In this document: one piece after another, positions 35,517 through 45,005 of the stretch
How positions within the stretch are numbered: position 1 is the first letter of the stretch
How the letters are laid out: each line of letters opens with the position of its first letter
Source: an uncultured Chloroflexia bacterium
GTDB taxonomy: Bacteria > Chloroflexota > Limnocylindria > QHBO01
Length of the DNA stretch: 64,000 bases
Direction: 5' to 3'
Assembly (NCBI GenBank): GCA_963840145.1
Contig: CAWIXR010000007.1
Span: 137,592 to 201,591, forward strand
The notes under the pieces: model-generated
What the model was told of the DNA's origin: nothing
The model's input: the letters and a program-made list of their open reading frames with translations, nothing else
The model's database searches: none
Position numbers and translations under genes: made by a program

Positions 35517-35909
35517 TCACGAGGCGGTTCGAAGCTCTCGGGCCCCCGCCAGTGCCTCCTCGACGGCATTGCGGAACGCGTCGAGGTCGAACGGCTTGGC
35601 GACGACCGGACCGATCGGCGCCAGCTCCGCCAGACGCTCGCGGTTCGCCGCGGAGACGAAGATGGCGGGGATGCCCGGCCACGCCGTGCGCAGCAGCTCG
35701 GTGATGTCGCCACCGTCTCCATCGGGGAGCATGACGTCGACCACCATCAGGTGCGGCAGGGCGACGTCCATGAGGTCGCCGAGCTCGACGATCCGCGTGC
35801 AGGTCACGACGGTGAAGCCCATCTCGCGGAGGAGATCGGCCTCGAGCGCGGCGATGTCCGGATCGTCCTCGAGGACGTAGGCGCGGGGTGCGGTGGTGTC
35901 GTCATTCAT
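35517..35909 (-). CDS. stand-alone response-regulator receiver domain (CheY-like)
   Basis: ATG 35909: MNDDTTAPRAYVLEDDPDI..LMVVDVMLPDGDG..IFVSA..VVAKPFD.. No output domain. Confidence 0.8.
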   Translation of the reverse strand: MNDDTTAPRAYVLEDDPDIAALEADLLREMGFTVVTCTRIVELGDLMDVALPHLMVVDVMLPDGDGGDITELLRTAWPGIPAIFVSAANRERLAELAPIGPVVAKPFDLDAFRNAVEEALAGARELRTAS

Positions 35910-36051
35910 CGGCGCCAAGTGTCGCCGCCGAGACCGCCGGGGTCTATGGCCCATCCGCGTAGTACCGATGGTCCACGCCGTCCACCTTGGAGGCCCGGTG
36001 TACCCTTCCATTTCGCAATCGGCATTCTCATCACGGGAGCACGGCACGCAG

Positions 36052-36960
36052 ATGGCGCGATCGATGTGGCGGGGGGCGATCCAGTTCGGGCTGGTGACCA
36101 TTCCCGTCAAGCTCTACCTGGCCACCGAGACGGGCGGCATCGGCTTCAACCTGCTGCATGCCTCCTGTGGAAACCGCATCCAGATGAAGGTCTATTGCCC
36201 GTTCCACGACGAGGTCATCCCGCGCTCGGAGACCGTCCGCGGATACGAGTGGAGCAAGGGCAAGTACGTCGTCGTCACCGACGAGGACATCGACTCGGTG
36301 CCGCTCAAGACGGTCCGCGCGATCGAGATCGAGACCTTCGTTCCGGCCTCTCGCGACAGCGGCACGCAGTTCGTGAAGCAGGCCTACTACCTCGAGCCTG
36401 AGCAGATCGGCGCCAAGGCCTTCTACCTGCTGAAGTCGGTCCTGGCCGAGCAGGAGAAGAGCGCCATCTGCAAGATCGTGCTGAAGGATCGCGAGCAGCT
36501 CGCCGCCCTCAACCCCTTCAGCCAGACGATGCTGCTGACCACCCTGCACTGGCCCGATGAGGTCCGCACCACCGAGGAGCTGAACCTCCCCGAGGACGAG
36601 ATCGAGATCAAGGCCTCCGAGAAGAAGATGGCCGAGCAGCTTGTCGCGAGCATGACCGGCGAGTTCGACCCCGCCGACTACGCCGACGGCTACCGTGAGG
36701 CGCTGATGGCGGTGATCGAGAAGAAGGTCGCCGGCGAGAAGCCTGAGCCGGCCGTCCGCGCCGAGCCGACGAACATCACCGACCTCATGGCCGCCCTCGA
36801 GGCATCGGTTGCGGCCGCGCGAACCGATCGCAAGGCGGAGGCCGAGAAGCCGGCCGCGGCAAAGGCGAAGCCCACCAAGGCGAAGGCGACGCGGGCCAAG
36901 AAGGCCGCCGCGGAGGCCGAGGCGGAGGCACCGCGGCAGCGGCGCCGCAAGACCGCCTGA
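36052..36960 (+). CDS. ku: Ku protein (non-homologous end joining) with a Lys/Ala-rich C-terminal tail
   Basis: MARSMWRGAIQFGLVTIPVKLYLAT..RGYEW..YVVVTDEDI..IEIETFV..YYLEP..AFYLL.. Tail ..KPAAAKAKPTKAKATRAKKAAAE.. Confidence 0.9.
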   Translation: MARSMWRGAIQFGLVTIPVKLYLATETGGIGFNLLHASCGNRIQMKVYCPFHDEVIPRSETVRGYEWSKGKYVVVTDEDIDSVPLKTVRAIEIETFVPASRDSGTQFVKQAYYLEPEQIGAKAFYLLKSVLAEQEKSAICKIVLKDREQLAALNPFSQTMLLTTLHWPDEVRTTEELNLPEDEIEIKASEKKMAEQLVASMTGEFDPADYADGYREALMAVIEKKVAGEKPEPAVRAEPTNITDLMAALEASVAAARTDRKAEAEKPAAAKAKPTKAKATRAKKAAAEAEAEAPRQRRRKTA

Positions 36961-36970
36961 TCCGCGGGTC

Positions 36971-37666
36971 GTGCCCGGAGAGCAGCTCGACCTTCCGATC
37001 CCGACCGAGCCTGGCGCGGCGCTGCCGGCGCGGCTGGCGCCGATGCAGCCGACGGCCGGCGCGGAGCCGTTCGACGACCCCGCCTATCTCTTCGAGCCGT
37101 GGTGGCCGGGCGTCCGGGCCCTCGCGTGGATCGAGGGCGGGCGCCTCGTCCGCCTCCAGGTCGAGGGCATGGCCGACGCCCTCACCGCCTTCGCCGAGCT
37201 CGGCGAGGAGCTTCCCGAACGCCTGACCGAGGACGGCGTCGTGCTCGACGGCTGGCTCCTCGCGCTCGACGAGGGCGGCTGGCTCGACACCGATCTCCTG
37301 CGCCGGCGGCTCGCCGGTGAGCGCGGCGCCGGGCGCCCGGGCTTCGTCGCCTGCGACCTGCTGTGGAGCGGCGGGGCGCCGTGGCACGCGCGCCGCTTCG
37401 CCACCCGCCGCGACCACCTCGAGGGCGTCCTCCGCGACGGCGACCGCTGCGTCGTGTCGCACGCGCTGCGCGGAGAGGGGACGTTGCTGGCCGAGGCGCT
37501 TGCGCGCTTCGGGCTCACCGGCATCTCGGCCCGCCGCCTCGACGCACGGTATCGCTTCGGCTCGGCCGGGGAGGGCTGGCTGAGGCTCCCGGTCGCCCCG
37601 GCCGTGCGCACTGAGCGCCCGCGCCTGGCCCTCATCCAGCGCCTGCCGCTCGACGAGCGCGACTAG
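36971..37666 (+). CDS. LigD/LigC-like nucleotidyltransferase-fold protein lacking all catalytic residues (pseudo-ligase)
   Basis: GTG 36971. ..LAPMQPT..YLFEPWWPGVRALA..VVLDGWLLALD..FVACDLLWSGG..RRFATRRDHLE..GLTGISARRLDARYRFGSAGEGWLRLP. Ligase motif order is preserved but K, D, E and K/K are replaced. No OB domain. Confidence 0.7.
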   Translation: MPGEQLDLPIPTEPGAALPARLAPMQPTAGAEPFDDPAYLFEPWWPGVRALAWIEGGRLVRLQVEGMADALTAFAELGEELPERLTEDGVVLDGWLLALDEGGWLDTDLLRRRLAGERGAGRPGFVACDLLWSGGAPWHARRFATRRDHLEGVLRDGDRCVVSHALRGEGTLLAEALARFGLTGISARRLDARYRFGSAGEGWLRLPVAPAVRTERPRLALIQRLPLDERD

Positions 37667-39867
37667 GGCAGCGTCCGCTGCAGGATCCACGGGTACGGCG
37701 GGCTCGTGCCGAGGCGCTGCGCGTCGGTGACGAAGCCGTCCCGCGGGTAGCTCCGAAACGCCGCGATTTCGAACGTCTGACTCGGGACGCCGACCGGGGC
37801 GTCGCGCTCCGGGAACGCGCGGCCACGCACGACGGCGGCGATCGCGAGCTCGTCGTCGACCGGAAGGCCCCAGTGGTCGCGCACGACGATCACGATGTCC
37901 CATGTGTCGATGCTGTCCGGCGCCACCTCGATGGCCCGCTGGAGCCACTCCTCGGCCTCGGCCCGCTCGTCGCGCATGGCGTGGGCCAGGGCCCTGGTGG
38001 CCGGGTCGGCGATCGAGGCGGCGTCGATCGGCTCGCCCATCGCCCACCACGCCAGGAGGCGATTGAACTCGAGCAGCGCTCCGAAGTCGTCGTCGAGCGC
38101 CGCGTCGCCGATCGGCAGGTCGCGCGGCCAGCCGCCGGCAAAGATGGTGAGCCGCTGGCTCAGCAGGGAGCGGAGGTAGGCGTCGTCGGCCGCGTCCGGC
38201 ATGGCCAGGGACTCGTAGCCGAGCGCGGCGTTGAGCAGCTCGGCCTCGAAGAAGGCGGCGGTCGCCACCGCGCGCTCGGTGGCTCGCTCCTGACACGCGG
38301 CGTCGCCCTGCTGCCCGCACAGGATTGCGAGGTTGACCCACGAGGGCGCGTCACCGGCGTTCCCCTCGACGGCCGCCTCCGCTGCATCCCGCGCGGTCGC
38401 GTCCATGCCGGCGCGCTCCGCGGCCACGGCGAGCGCCTTCGGCCCGAACGGGTGCCACGGATCGATCGCGGTCGAGCGCTCCAGCAGTGCCGTGCCCCCG
38501 TCCCAATCGCCGTCGACATACGTGTCGAGGCCCGCGCGGTAGGCGATCGCGCCGGCATCGGCAACGACCATCCCGGCCAGCAGGACGAGCGCCGCCGCGC
38601 CGGCGGGCACGAGGAGGATCCGGCGCCGCAGCGGCCGCCACTCGACGACGCCGGTATCGGTCAGGGCGACGGCGAGCAGAGTGATCGCCAGCAGGTTGAA
38701 GGCCGGCACGAATGTGAGGTCCTCGAACAGCCCACCGACGAGGAGGCCGAGCAGCAGGTAGCCCGCCGTCCTGCCGGTCCGCGTCCCCGCGCGCCACGGG
38801 CCGGCGAACCAGGCGATCGCGGCGACGAGCACGAGCGCGGCCGCCAGGCCGACCAGCCCACCGTCGCCGAGCACGCCTAGGGGCAGGTTGTGCGAGTGCG
38901 GCTGGCTGACCGGGAAGCTGAAGTCGGGGGCCGCCGCCTGCCGGGCGTACGGCATGAAGCCGGGGCCGATGCCGAGGATCGGGTCGGTGCTCCAGGCGGC
39001 CAGCGTGTCGCGCCACAGGCCGGCGCGGTAGAGGAGCGAGGTCACCGCGGTCAGGCGGGGCGCGGCGAGCACGATCACCGCCGCCACGCCGGCGAGGGCC
39101 AGCAGCCCGAGGCCGATGCTCCGCGCGTCCGGCCCGCCGGCCGGCAGCAGGCGGTGACGGCGATGCCAGGTCCACGGGATGAGTGCTGCGACGATCGTCA
39201 CGCCCATCGCCAGCCACGCGGAGCGCGACCCGGACAGCACGGTCAACGGCACCCCGACCAGCACGAGGCCGGTCTGCACGATCCGCCGCCAGCGGGGCGA
39301 CTCGATAAGCCCGGCGAGGGCCCACGCCGGCCAGATCACGAACGGCGGGACGGCCACCGAGCCGAACGGCGTGCCCTCCGCGGGCAGGCGGATCGGCGGC
39401 AGCCCCGGCGCGCCGGCGAGGATCCACTCGACGCGCCGGACGAGCAGGTTGACCAGCGTCGGCGCCGACAGCAGCAGCACCGGCACGGCGGTGACCACGC
39501 CGACCCACGACGGCCGCTGCCGCACGCAGAAGAGCGCGACCGGCAGCATCGCGGCGTAGGCGGCGATGGCGGCCAGCGCCCGCAGGCTCATGCCGGTGTT
39601 CATCGCCGATGCCGTGGCCACGCCGAAGGCGACGAGCAGGACGATCAGCGGAAGGTCGATCGGGGTGTGCGGCAGGTCACCGCCGCGCACCGCGACGAGC
39701 GCGAGCCCGGCGATCGCGCCGATGCCGATCAAGTGCAGCAGGAGCTGGTAGCGTGCGTCCCACAGCGCGCCGTCCCATCCGACGTAGCCGAAGACCGCCA
39801 GCCCGGCGGCCAGGCCGAGCCACTCGACGAGCGTCCGGCGGCCCGCCCACGCCCAGGCCGCGTTCAT
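37663..39867 (-). CDS. O-antigen-ligase-like (Wzy_C) polytopic membrane protein with a C-terminal TPR-like domain
   Basis: 734 aa. About 12 TM helices with ..SGSRSAWLAMGV.., then a soluble helical-repeat C-terminal half. Confidence 0.7.
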   Translation of the reverse strand: MNAAWAWAGRRTLVEWLGLAAGLAVFGYVGWDGALWDARYQLLLHLIGIGAIAGLALVAVRGGDLPHTPIDLPLIVLLVAFGVATASAMNTGMSLRALAAIAAYAAMLPVALFCVRQRPSWVGVVTAVPVLLLSAPTLVNLLVRRVEWILAGAPGLPPIRLPAEGTPFGSVAVPPFVIWPAWALAGLIESPRWRRIVQTGLVLVGVPLTVLSGSRSAWLAMGVTIVAALIPWTWHRRHRLLPAGGPDARSIGLGLLALAGVAAVIVLAAPRLTAVTSLLYRAGLWRDTLAAWSTDPILGIGPGFMPYARQAAAPDFSFPVSQPHSHNLPLGVLGDGGLVGLAAALVLVAAIAWFAGPWRAGTRTGRTAGYLLLGLLVGGLFEDLTFVPAFNLLAITLLAVALTDTGVVEWRPLRRRILLVPAGAAALVLLAGMVVADAGAIAYRAGLDTYVDGDWDGGTALLERSTAIDPWHPFGPKALAVAAERAGMDATARDAAEAAVEGNAGDAPSWVNLAILCGQQGDAACQERATERAVATAAFFEAELLNAALGYESLAMPDAADDAYLRSLLSQRLTIFAGGWPRDLPIGDAALDDDFGALLEFNRLLAWWAMGEPIDAASIADPATRALAHAMRDERAEAEEWLQRAIEVAPDSIDTWDIVIVVRDHWGLPVDDELAIAAVVRGRAFPERDAPVGVPSQTFEIAAFRSYPRDGFVTDAQRLGTSPPYPWILQRTLP

Positions 39868-39894
39868 CGGACGGTGACGGGCCTGGCCTCGACC

Positions 39895-40929
39895 TCAGCC
39901 CGCATAGCGCTCGGCAGCCTGGCGCACCGAGCTCGCAACCGCCTTGCGCAGCGCCTCGGGCTCGAGCACCTCGACGGCGCCGCCCCACGACATGATCCAC
40001 GGCTGGATCTCGACGATGCCCGCGACCGTGACCGACAGCTCGAGTCGGCCGCGAGGCAGCTCCTTCAGCTGCTGGGATCGGTGCCAGACCGCCTCGCGCA
40101 CGCGGTGCGCGACCGACGTCTCGAAGCGCAGGCGGACGTGCACCGGCGGCGTCGAGTCCGACGACCAGATGCCCCACGAATTGGCGAGCCAGGCGTCGGG
40201 GTCGAAGTCGGCGGGGATCTCGTAGCGGTCCTGCGTGAGCGTCGCGGATCGGATGCGCTCGACCTTGTAGGTGCGCATCGCCTTCGCCGGCTCGTCGTGG
40301 CCGATGAGGTAGACGCTGCGCAGGGCCGCGTCCGGCTCGAGGAAGTACGGGTGCACGCGGGTGCGCTTCTGGTCGCCGGTGCCGGGGTCGTAGAGGATCT
40401 CGACCACCCGCCCCTCGGCCCAGCCGCGCGCCACCGCGCTGAAGCTGCGGGTGAACGGCTCGTTCGGGTCGTGAGCGCCGACCGCCAGCATCGTGGCGGT
40501 CACGTGGCGAGCGATCGGCTGCGGCAGGGCGTCGGCCAGCTTCGTGAAGGCGCTGACCACGGCCGCGTCGTACTGGTCGCTCCAGCGCGCGATCAGGCGC
40601 GAGGCGAGGAAAAGGACGATCGCCTCGGGCACCGACAGGCGAAGCGGCGGCAGGAAGAACTTGCGGTCGATGCCGTAGTGCCCGCGACCGGCCTGGAAGA
40701 CGGGGACGCCCAGCTCGTCCTCGAGCGCCCGGATGTCGCGATACACGGTGCGCGTCGTCATGCCGGTCAGGCTCGCGATCTCGCTGACGGCCACGCCGGC
40801 CTCGGTGCCGCCCTTCGAAAAGAGGATCGAGACGACGCTCAGCAGCCGCGCGAGCCGGTCGCGCTTGCGACCGACCCGGTCGTCCCCACCGTCATCCCAG
40901 CCCGACCAGCGATCGCCCTCGTCCAGCAC
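39895..40929 (-). CDS. HTH-WYL-domain transcriptional regulator (YafY/PafBC-like)
   Basis: ..VSEIASLTGMTTRTVYRDIRALEDELGVPV.. HTH. ..VEILYDPGTGDQKRTRVHPYFLE..SVYLIGHD..RTYKVERI.. WYL domain. C-terminal WCX-like region. Confidence 0.8.
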   Translation of the reverse strand: MLDEGDRWSGWDDGGDDRVGRKRDRLARLLSVVSILFSKGGTEAGVAVSEIASLTGMTTRTVYRDIRALEDELGVPVFQAGRGHYGIDRKFFLPPLRLSVPEAIVLFLASRLIARWSDQYDAAVVSAFTKLADALPQPIARHVTATMLAVGAHDPNEPFTRSFSAVARGWAEGRVVEILYDPGTGDQKRTRVHPYFLEPDAALRSVYLIGHDEPAKAMRTYKVERIRSATLTQDRYEIPADFDPDAWLANSWGIWSSDSTPPVHVRLRFETSVAHRVREAVWHRSQQLKELPRGRLELSVTVAGIVEIQPWIMSWGGAVEVLEPEALRKAVASSVRQAAERYAG

Positions 40930-40950
40930 GGGCCGATGATAGACCCGAGG

Positions 40951-41676
40951 TCAGCCCTCGGCCGATGCGCTGGGCTCCGCGGACGGCGACGGGACGGGGG
41001 TCGGGGACGGTGCCGTCTCGCCGGGGAGCGCGTCGATGATCGCGCGGTTCACCGCGTCGTCGACGCCGATGAGCAGGAAGACGATGTCGCCGCTCGACCA
41101 GGTGAAGATGTGGGTCCCCGCCGCGGTGGCGTTGTCCTCGGGGCGGACCCAGACGCGCTTGCCGCCGACGGTCGACGCCTCCCACGGCTCGGGGTCGAGC
41201 CCGGCGATGCCGACATAGCGCCCGGCCGTCGCCAGGTGCGGCTCGAGGTCCTCGGTCGCGACCTCGGGGCCGTCGACGCGCATCGCGTACAGCGTCGTGC
41301 GCGGCACGTCGACGTAGGCGACGACGAGCGACGCGAAGCGGTTGCCGATCTCTCCGAAGGCCAGCCCGACGTCGCCGGGGGTCAGGGCGAACTCCTCGAA
41401 CGGGGCGACGACGACGACGAAGCCGGCGGCCTCGGTCGGGATGAGCGCGGCGAGCTCGGGGTCCGGCTCGTTCGTGAATCGCGGCGTCGGCGCCGGGCTC
41501 GGGCTGGGCGTCGGGGTCGGGGCCGGCGTGAGGGTCGGGGCCGGTGTGGCGGTCACGGCGGTGGTCGGCACCGGCGTCGGGTCGGCGCCGGAGCAGGCGC
41601 CGAGGGCCACGGCGGCCGCGAGCGCCAGGCTCGCCGCCCCGGCCGGGCGCAGCATGGCGAGGCGGGAGGTCGTCAT
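40951..41676 (-). CDS. hypothetical lipoprotein with PT linker
   Basis: Lipobox (AVALGAC), TPxP linker, a ~150-aa globular domain and a PS-rich tail. Confidence 0.55.
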   Translation of the reverse strand: MTTSRLAMLRPAGAASLALAAAVALGACSGADPTPVPTTAVTATPAPTLTPAPTPTPSPSPAPTPRFTNEPDPELAALIPTEAAGFVVVVAPFEEFALTPGDVGLAFGEIGNRFASLVVAYVDVPRTTLYAMRVDGPEVATEDLEPHLATAGRYVGIAGLDPEPWEASTVGGKRVWVRPEDNATAAGTHIFTWSSGDIVFLLIGVDDAVNRAIIDALPGETAPSPTPVPSPSAEPSASAEG

Positions 41677-41696
41677 CGGCGGCGGAATGATACCGC

Positions 41697-44600
41697 TCAG
41701 GCCGCCCCGCGCTCCTCCTTCGTTTGCGCGTCGCTCCGACGCCGGCGGCTCCCAACGTCCCCGCGCTCCGCGACCACCGCGGACAGCGCATCGAGCACGC
41801 TGCGGCGGTAGCCGGCCGGCGAGGCGCGCAGCATCGCCATCGCCTCGGCGCGGCCGACGCGCTCGCCGGCGCCCGAGACGAGCTCGTCGTAGTCGTTGGC
41901 TGCCCCGACAATATGCGCGCCGATCGGGACGCGCCGCCCGCGCCGGCCGCCGGCCGCCAGCCGGCGATAGCCCTGGATCAGGGCGGCGACCTCGCGCAGC
42001 GACGGGATGGGGGTCATCTCGGCGACGCCGTGCGCGTCGAGCAGGTGGAGGCGGCCGGCGAGCTCGATCGAGTGACGCTCGTCCTCGCCGAGGCCGATCC
42101 GGTCCGCCAGCGTCGCCGCCAGCCTTCCGACGCGATCGGCGTGCCCGCGCGCCGCCGCCCCGCGGACGTCGAACGAGCGCGCGATCGTGAGCAGCGCGTC
42201 GCGCAGCGAGTCCGTGCCGTCGTGCTGCGGTCCGGCCAGCTGGGTGGCGCGCTCGACGAGGTGCTCGACGGCGTGCTCGTCGTCGCCGTCGCGCAGGGCG
42301 GCCGCGGCCAGCTCCTCGAGCGTGCCGCGCAGGTCGCCGACGTCGGCGGTGAGCCGATCAGCGCGGACGACGCGGTCCTCGCCGGCGCGCTTGCCGTAGT
42401 AGAGAGCGGTATCGGCCGCGGCGATGAGGCCGGCGCGGTCGACGGCGTCACTGGGCAGGCCGGCCACGCCGACGGTGATCGTGACCGGGCTCGGGTCCGC
42501 AGTGGTCAGCGCGGCGACGGCGCGGCGGATACGGCTCGCCACGCGAACCGCCTCGGTGATGCCGGTCTGCGGCAGGATCAGCGCGAACTCGTCGCCGCCG
42601 TAGCGGTAGACGCGGTCGTCGCTGCGCGCGGCGCCGTAGATGGCGGTGGCTGCGCGGTGAAGGAGCGCGTCGCCGGCGGGATGCCCGTGGCGGTCGTTGT
42701 ATGCCTTGAAGCTGTCCAGGTCCATCATCAGCACCGCCAGGCGGCGCTGGGAACCCTCTCCTTCCTCGACGTAGCGCGCGAGGTCGCGCTGGAAGGCGCC
42801 GTGGTTGGCGAGGCCGGTGAGCGCGTCGGTCTCGGCGCGCTGGCTGACCGCGTGGTGCGCGTCGGCGTTGCGCAGCGCGATCGACGCCTGCCCCGCGAAC
42901 AGCTGGATGAGCTCGAAGTCGCTCTCGCTGAAGTACACCTCGGGACCGCCGATGCGCGAGACGTTGAGCGCGCCGAGCACCTCGCCCTCGGCGATGAGCG
43001 GGACGACCACGACCGCCTCCGGCTCGGGCGGCGTGCCGGGGATCTGGAGCGCGCGCGGATCGCTGAGTGCGTCGTTGGCCAGGATCGGCTGCGAGTGCTC
43101 GACCGCCCAGCCCATCAGGCCGCGCCCGAACGGGATCTGGTAGGCGCCCACCTCGTCTGCGTGCTGCTCGCGCGTCAGGACCGGCGCCATCAAGCGCGTC
43201 GCCGCATCGGTCCGGTAGACGGAGAGGTTGTCGTAGGCGACGACGTCGCGAAGGCCGTCGGCGATCGTCTCGAGCACGTCCGCCGGATCCAGGGCCGAGA
43301 GGAGGCGCTCGTTGATCTGGAGCAGGCGCCGCTGCGAGTCGGCCCGGCGGGCAAGCTCGCTGGACTGGTCGACCAGCTGCTCGTAGCTCGTGGCGTTGGC
43401 CATCGCCTGGGCGGCGTAGCCGGCGAAGATCGACATCGTCTGGAGGTCGTCATCGGTGAAGCGGTTGAAGCCGAGCTGGCTCAGGACGATGACGCCGAGC
43501 GCGCGACCCTCGTAGAGCATCGGCACCACCAGCATCGACTCGGGGACGTCATCGGTCCCGTCGATCGTCTTGCCCCGCTCGTCGTCGAGGGCGTCGTTGA
43601 TGAGTAGCGGCTCGCCGTGCTCGGCGACCCAGCCGGTGAAGCCCTCGCCGACCTCGACGCGCAGAAGCTCGACCGCGTCGTCCGGGTTGCCCTCGAGCAT
43701 CTCGCGCGTGAACGCGATCGGCTCGCACATGTTGCGCTCCCAGTCGACGCGATAGATGCGGATATCGTGGAAGTCGGCGAGTGGCGCGGCCTCGGCCACG
43801 ATCGCCTCGGCGATGGCGCGCACGTCGGTCAGGCGGTTCAGGCGCGCGGAGAGGTCCTGGATCGAGCGCATGCGGGCGGCCTGCGAGGCCACGGAGCGAT
43901 ACAGTCGCGCGTTCTGGATGGCGACCGCCGCCTGGTCGGCGAAGGCCTGCACCAGCGCGACCTCCTCCTCCGGCCACGTGCGCTCGGTGCGGTGGTAGAG
44001 CCCGAGCAGGCCGAGCGGCTGGTCGCCGCCGATCAGCGGGACGAGGCAGACGGTGCGGATCCCCTCGGCCACGTAACCGCTGTGCAGCAGGCCGACGGCG
44101 TCGACGGTATCGAGGCGCGCCGCATACGGCCGCCGGTCGCGCAGCGTGCGGATGCCGACAGTGTCTGAGTCGAGGGTCAGCTCCGCCACGCGGTCGAGGA
44201 AGCCATCGCTCAGGTCGTGGTGCGCGGCGACGGTGAACGGGTGCTCGTTGCCCGGCGTCACGAGCCAGAGACCGGCCTTGTCGGCCTCGAAGAGGGAGCG
44301 GGTGAGGTCGACGACCTCACCGAGGACGGCGGCGAGGTCGAGGTTGCCGGTGAGCTCTTTCGTAACCGATCGCAGCGCCCGCGCACGCTGCAGCTCGCGA
44401 CGGGCACGGCCAAGCAGTCGCGTGCTGGCGAGCGTGGTGGCCACCGTCGACGCCAGCGATCGACGGAAGGCGGGTGAGAGGACGCCGGACGACTCCGGGT
44501 CGAGCACCAGCACGCCGACCGGCCCGCGCTTCGTGCCAAGCACGAGCGCGATGTCGTCGCCGTCGGGACCGGTTCCGCGCGTGGCCGGCGGCGGGGCGTC

Positions 44601-45005
44601 GAACCCGGCGTGCGCGGCGAGGTCGAAGGGCTCGGTCTCCCCGACGTACACGGCGGCACGCTCGACGCCGAGCTCGGTGCGCAGCGCCTCGACGACTGAT
44701 CGGGCGACCGAGGCGGTCGTCGGCGAGGCGGCGAGGCCCGCGGCGACGCGTCCGAAGACGGCGAGCTCGCCGCTGCGCTCCTGGTGGGCATCGGTCGCGG
44801 TGGGCGACTCGTCGCCGGGGGTGCGGTCCTCGACGAGCAGGCGCTCGACGTCGCCGCGGCGGAAGCGGCGGTCGCCGCGCGAGTTGATGCGGTAGGCGGT
44901 CAGCCGGCCGGCATCGGTCCAGGTGCGGATCGTGTTGGGGTGGACGCCGAGCAGCGTCGCAGCCTGGGCGACGGTCAGGAGCGCGTGGGCATCGTCGCGC
45001 GTCAT
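41697..45005 (-). CDS. multidomain signalling protein: excisionase/MerR-type HTH, several GAF domains, GGDEF, degenerate HD-GYP
   Basis: LLTVAQAATLLGVHPNTIRTWTDAGRL HTH. Repeated GAF-like blocks. RSDD-x5-GGDEF (I-site plus active site). C-terminal GHADRV..LHLLDAHG..GAANDYDEL with the HD and GYP signatures degraded. ATG 45005 has AGAGG upstream. Confidence 0.8.
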   Translation of the reverse strand: MTRDDAHALLTVAQAATLLGVHPNTIRTWTDAGRLTAYRINSRGDRRFRRGDVERLLVEDRTPGDESPTATDAHQERSGELAVFGRVAAGLAASPTTASVARSVVEALRTELGVERAAVYVGETEPFDLAAHAGFDAPPPATRGTGPDGDDIALVLGTKRGPVGVLVLDPESSGVLSPAFRRSLASTVATTLASTRLLGRARRELQRARALRSVTKELTGNLDLAAVLGEVVDLTRSLFEADKAGLWLVTPGNEHPFTVAAHHDLSDGFLDRVAELTLDSDTVGIRTLRDRRPYAARLDTVDAVGLLHSGYVAEGIRTVCLVPLIGGDQPLGLLGLYHRTERTWPEEEVALVQAFADQAAVAIQNARLYRSVASQAARMRSIQDLSARLNRLTDVRAIAEAIVAEAAPLADFHDIRIYRVDWERNMCEPIAFTREMLEGNPDDAVELLRVEVGEGFTGWVAEHGEPLLINDALDDERGKTIDGTDDVPESMLVVPMLYEGRALGVIVLSQLGFNRFTDDDLQTMSIFAGYAAQAMANATSYEQLVDQSSELARRADSQRRLLQINERLLSALDPADVLETIADGLRDVVAYDNLSVYRTDAATRLMAPVLTREQHADEVGAYQIPFGRGLMGWAVEHSQPILANDALSDPRALQIPGTPPEPEAVVVVPLIAEGEVLGALNVSRIGGPEVYFSESDFELIQLFAGQASIALRNADAHHAVSQRAETDALTGLANHGAFQRDLARYVEEGEGSQRRLAVLMMDLDSFKAYNDRHGHPAGDALLHRAATAIYGAARSDDRVYRYGGDEFALILPQTGITEAVRVASRIRRAVAALTTADPSPVTITVGVAGLPSDAVDRAGLIAAADTALYYGKRAGEDRVVRADRLTADVGDLRGTLEELAAAALRDGDDEHAVEHLVERATQLAGPQHDGTDSLRDALLTIARSFDVRGAAARGHADRVGRLAATLADRIGLGEDERHSIELAGRLHLLDAHGVAEMTPIPSLREVAALIQGYRRLAAGGRRGRRVPIGAHIVGAANDYDELVSGAGERVGRAEAMAMLRASPAGYRRSVLDALSAVVAERGDVGSRRRRSDAQTKEERGAA

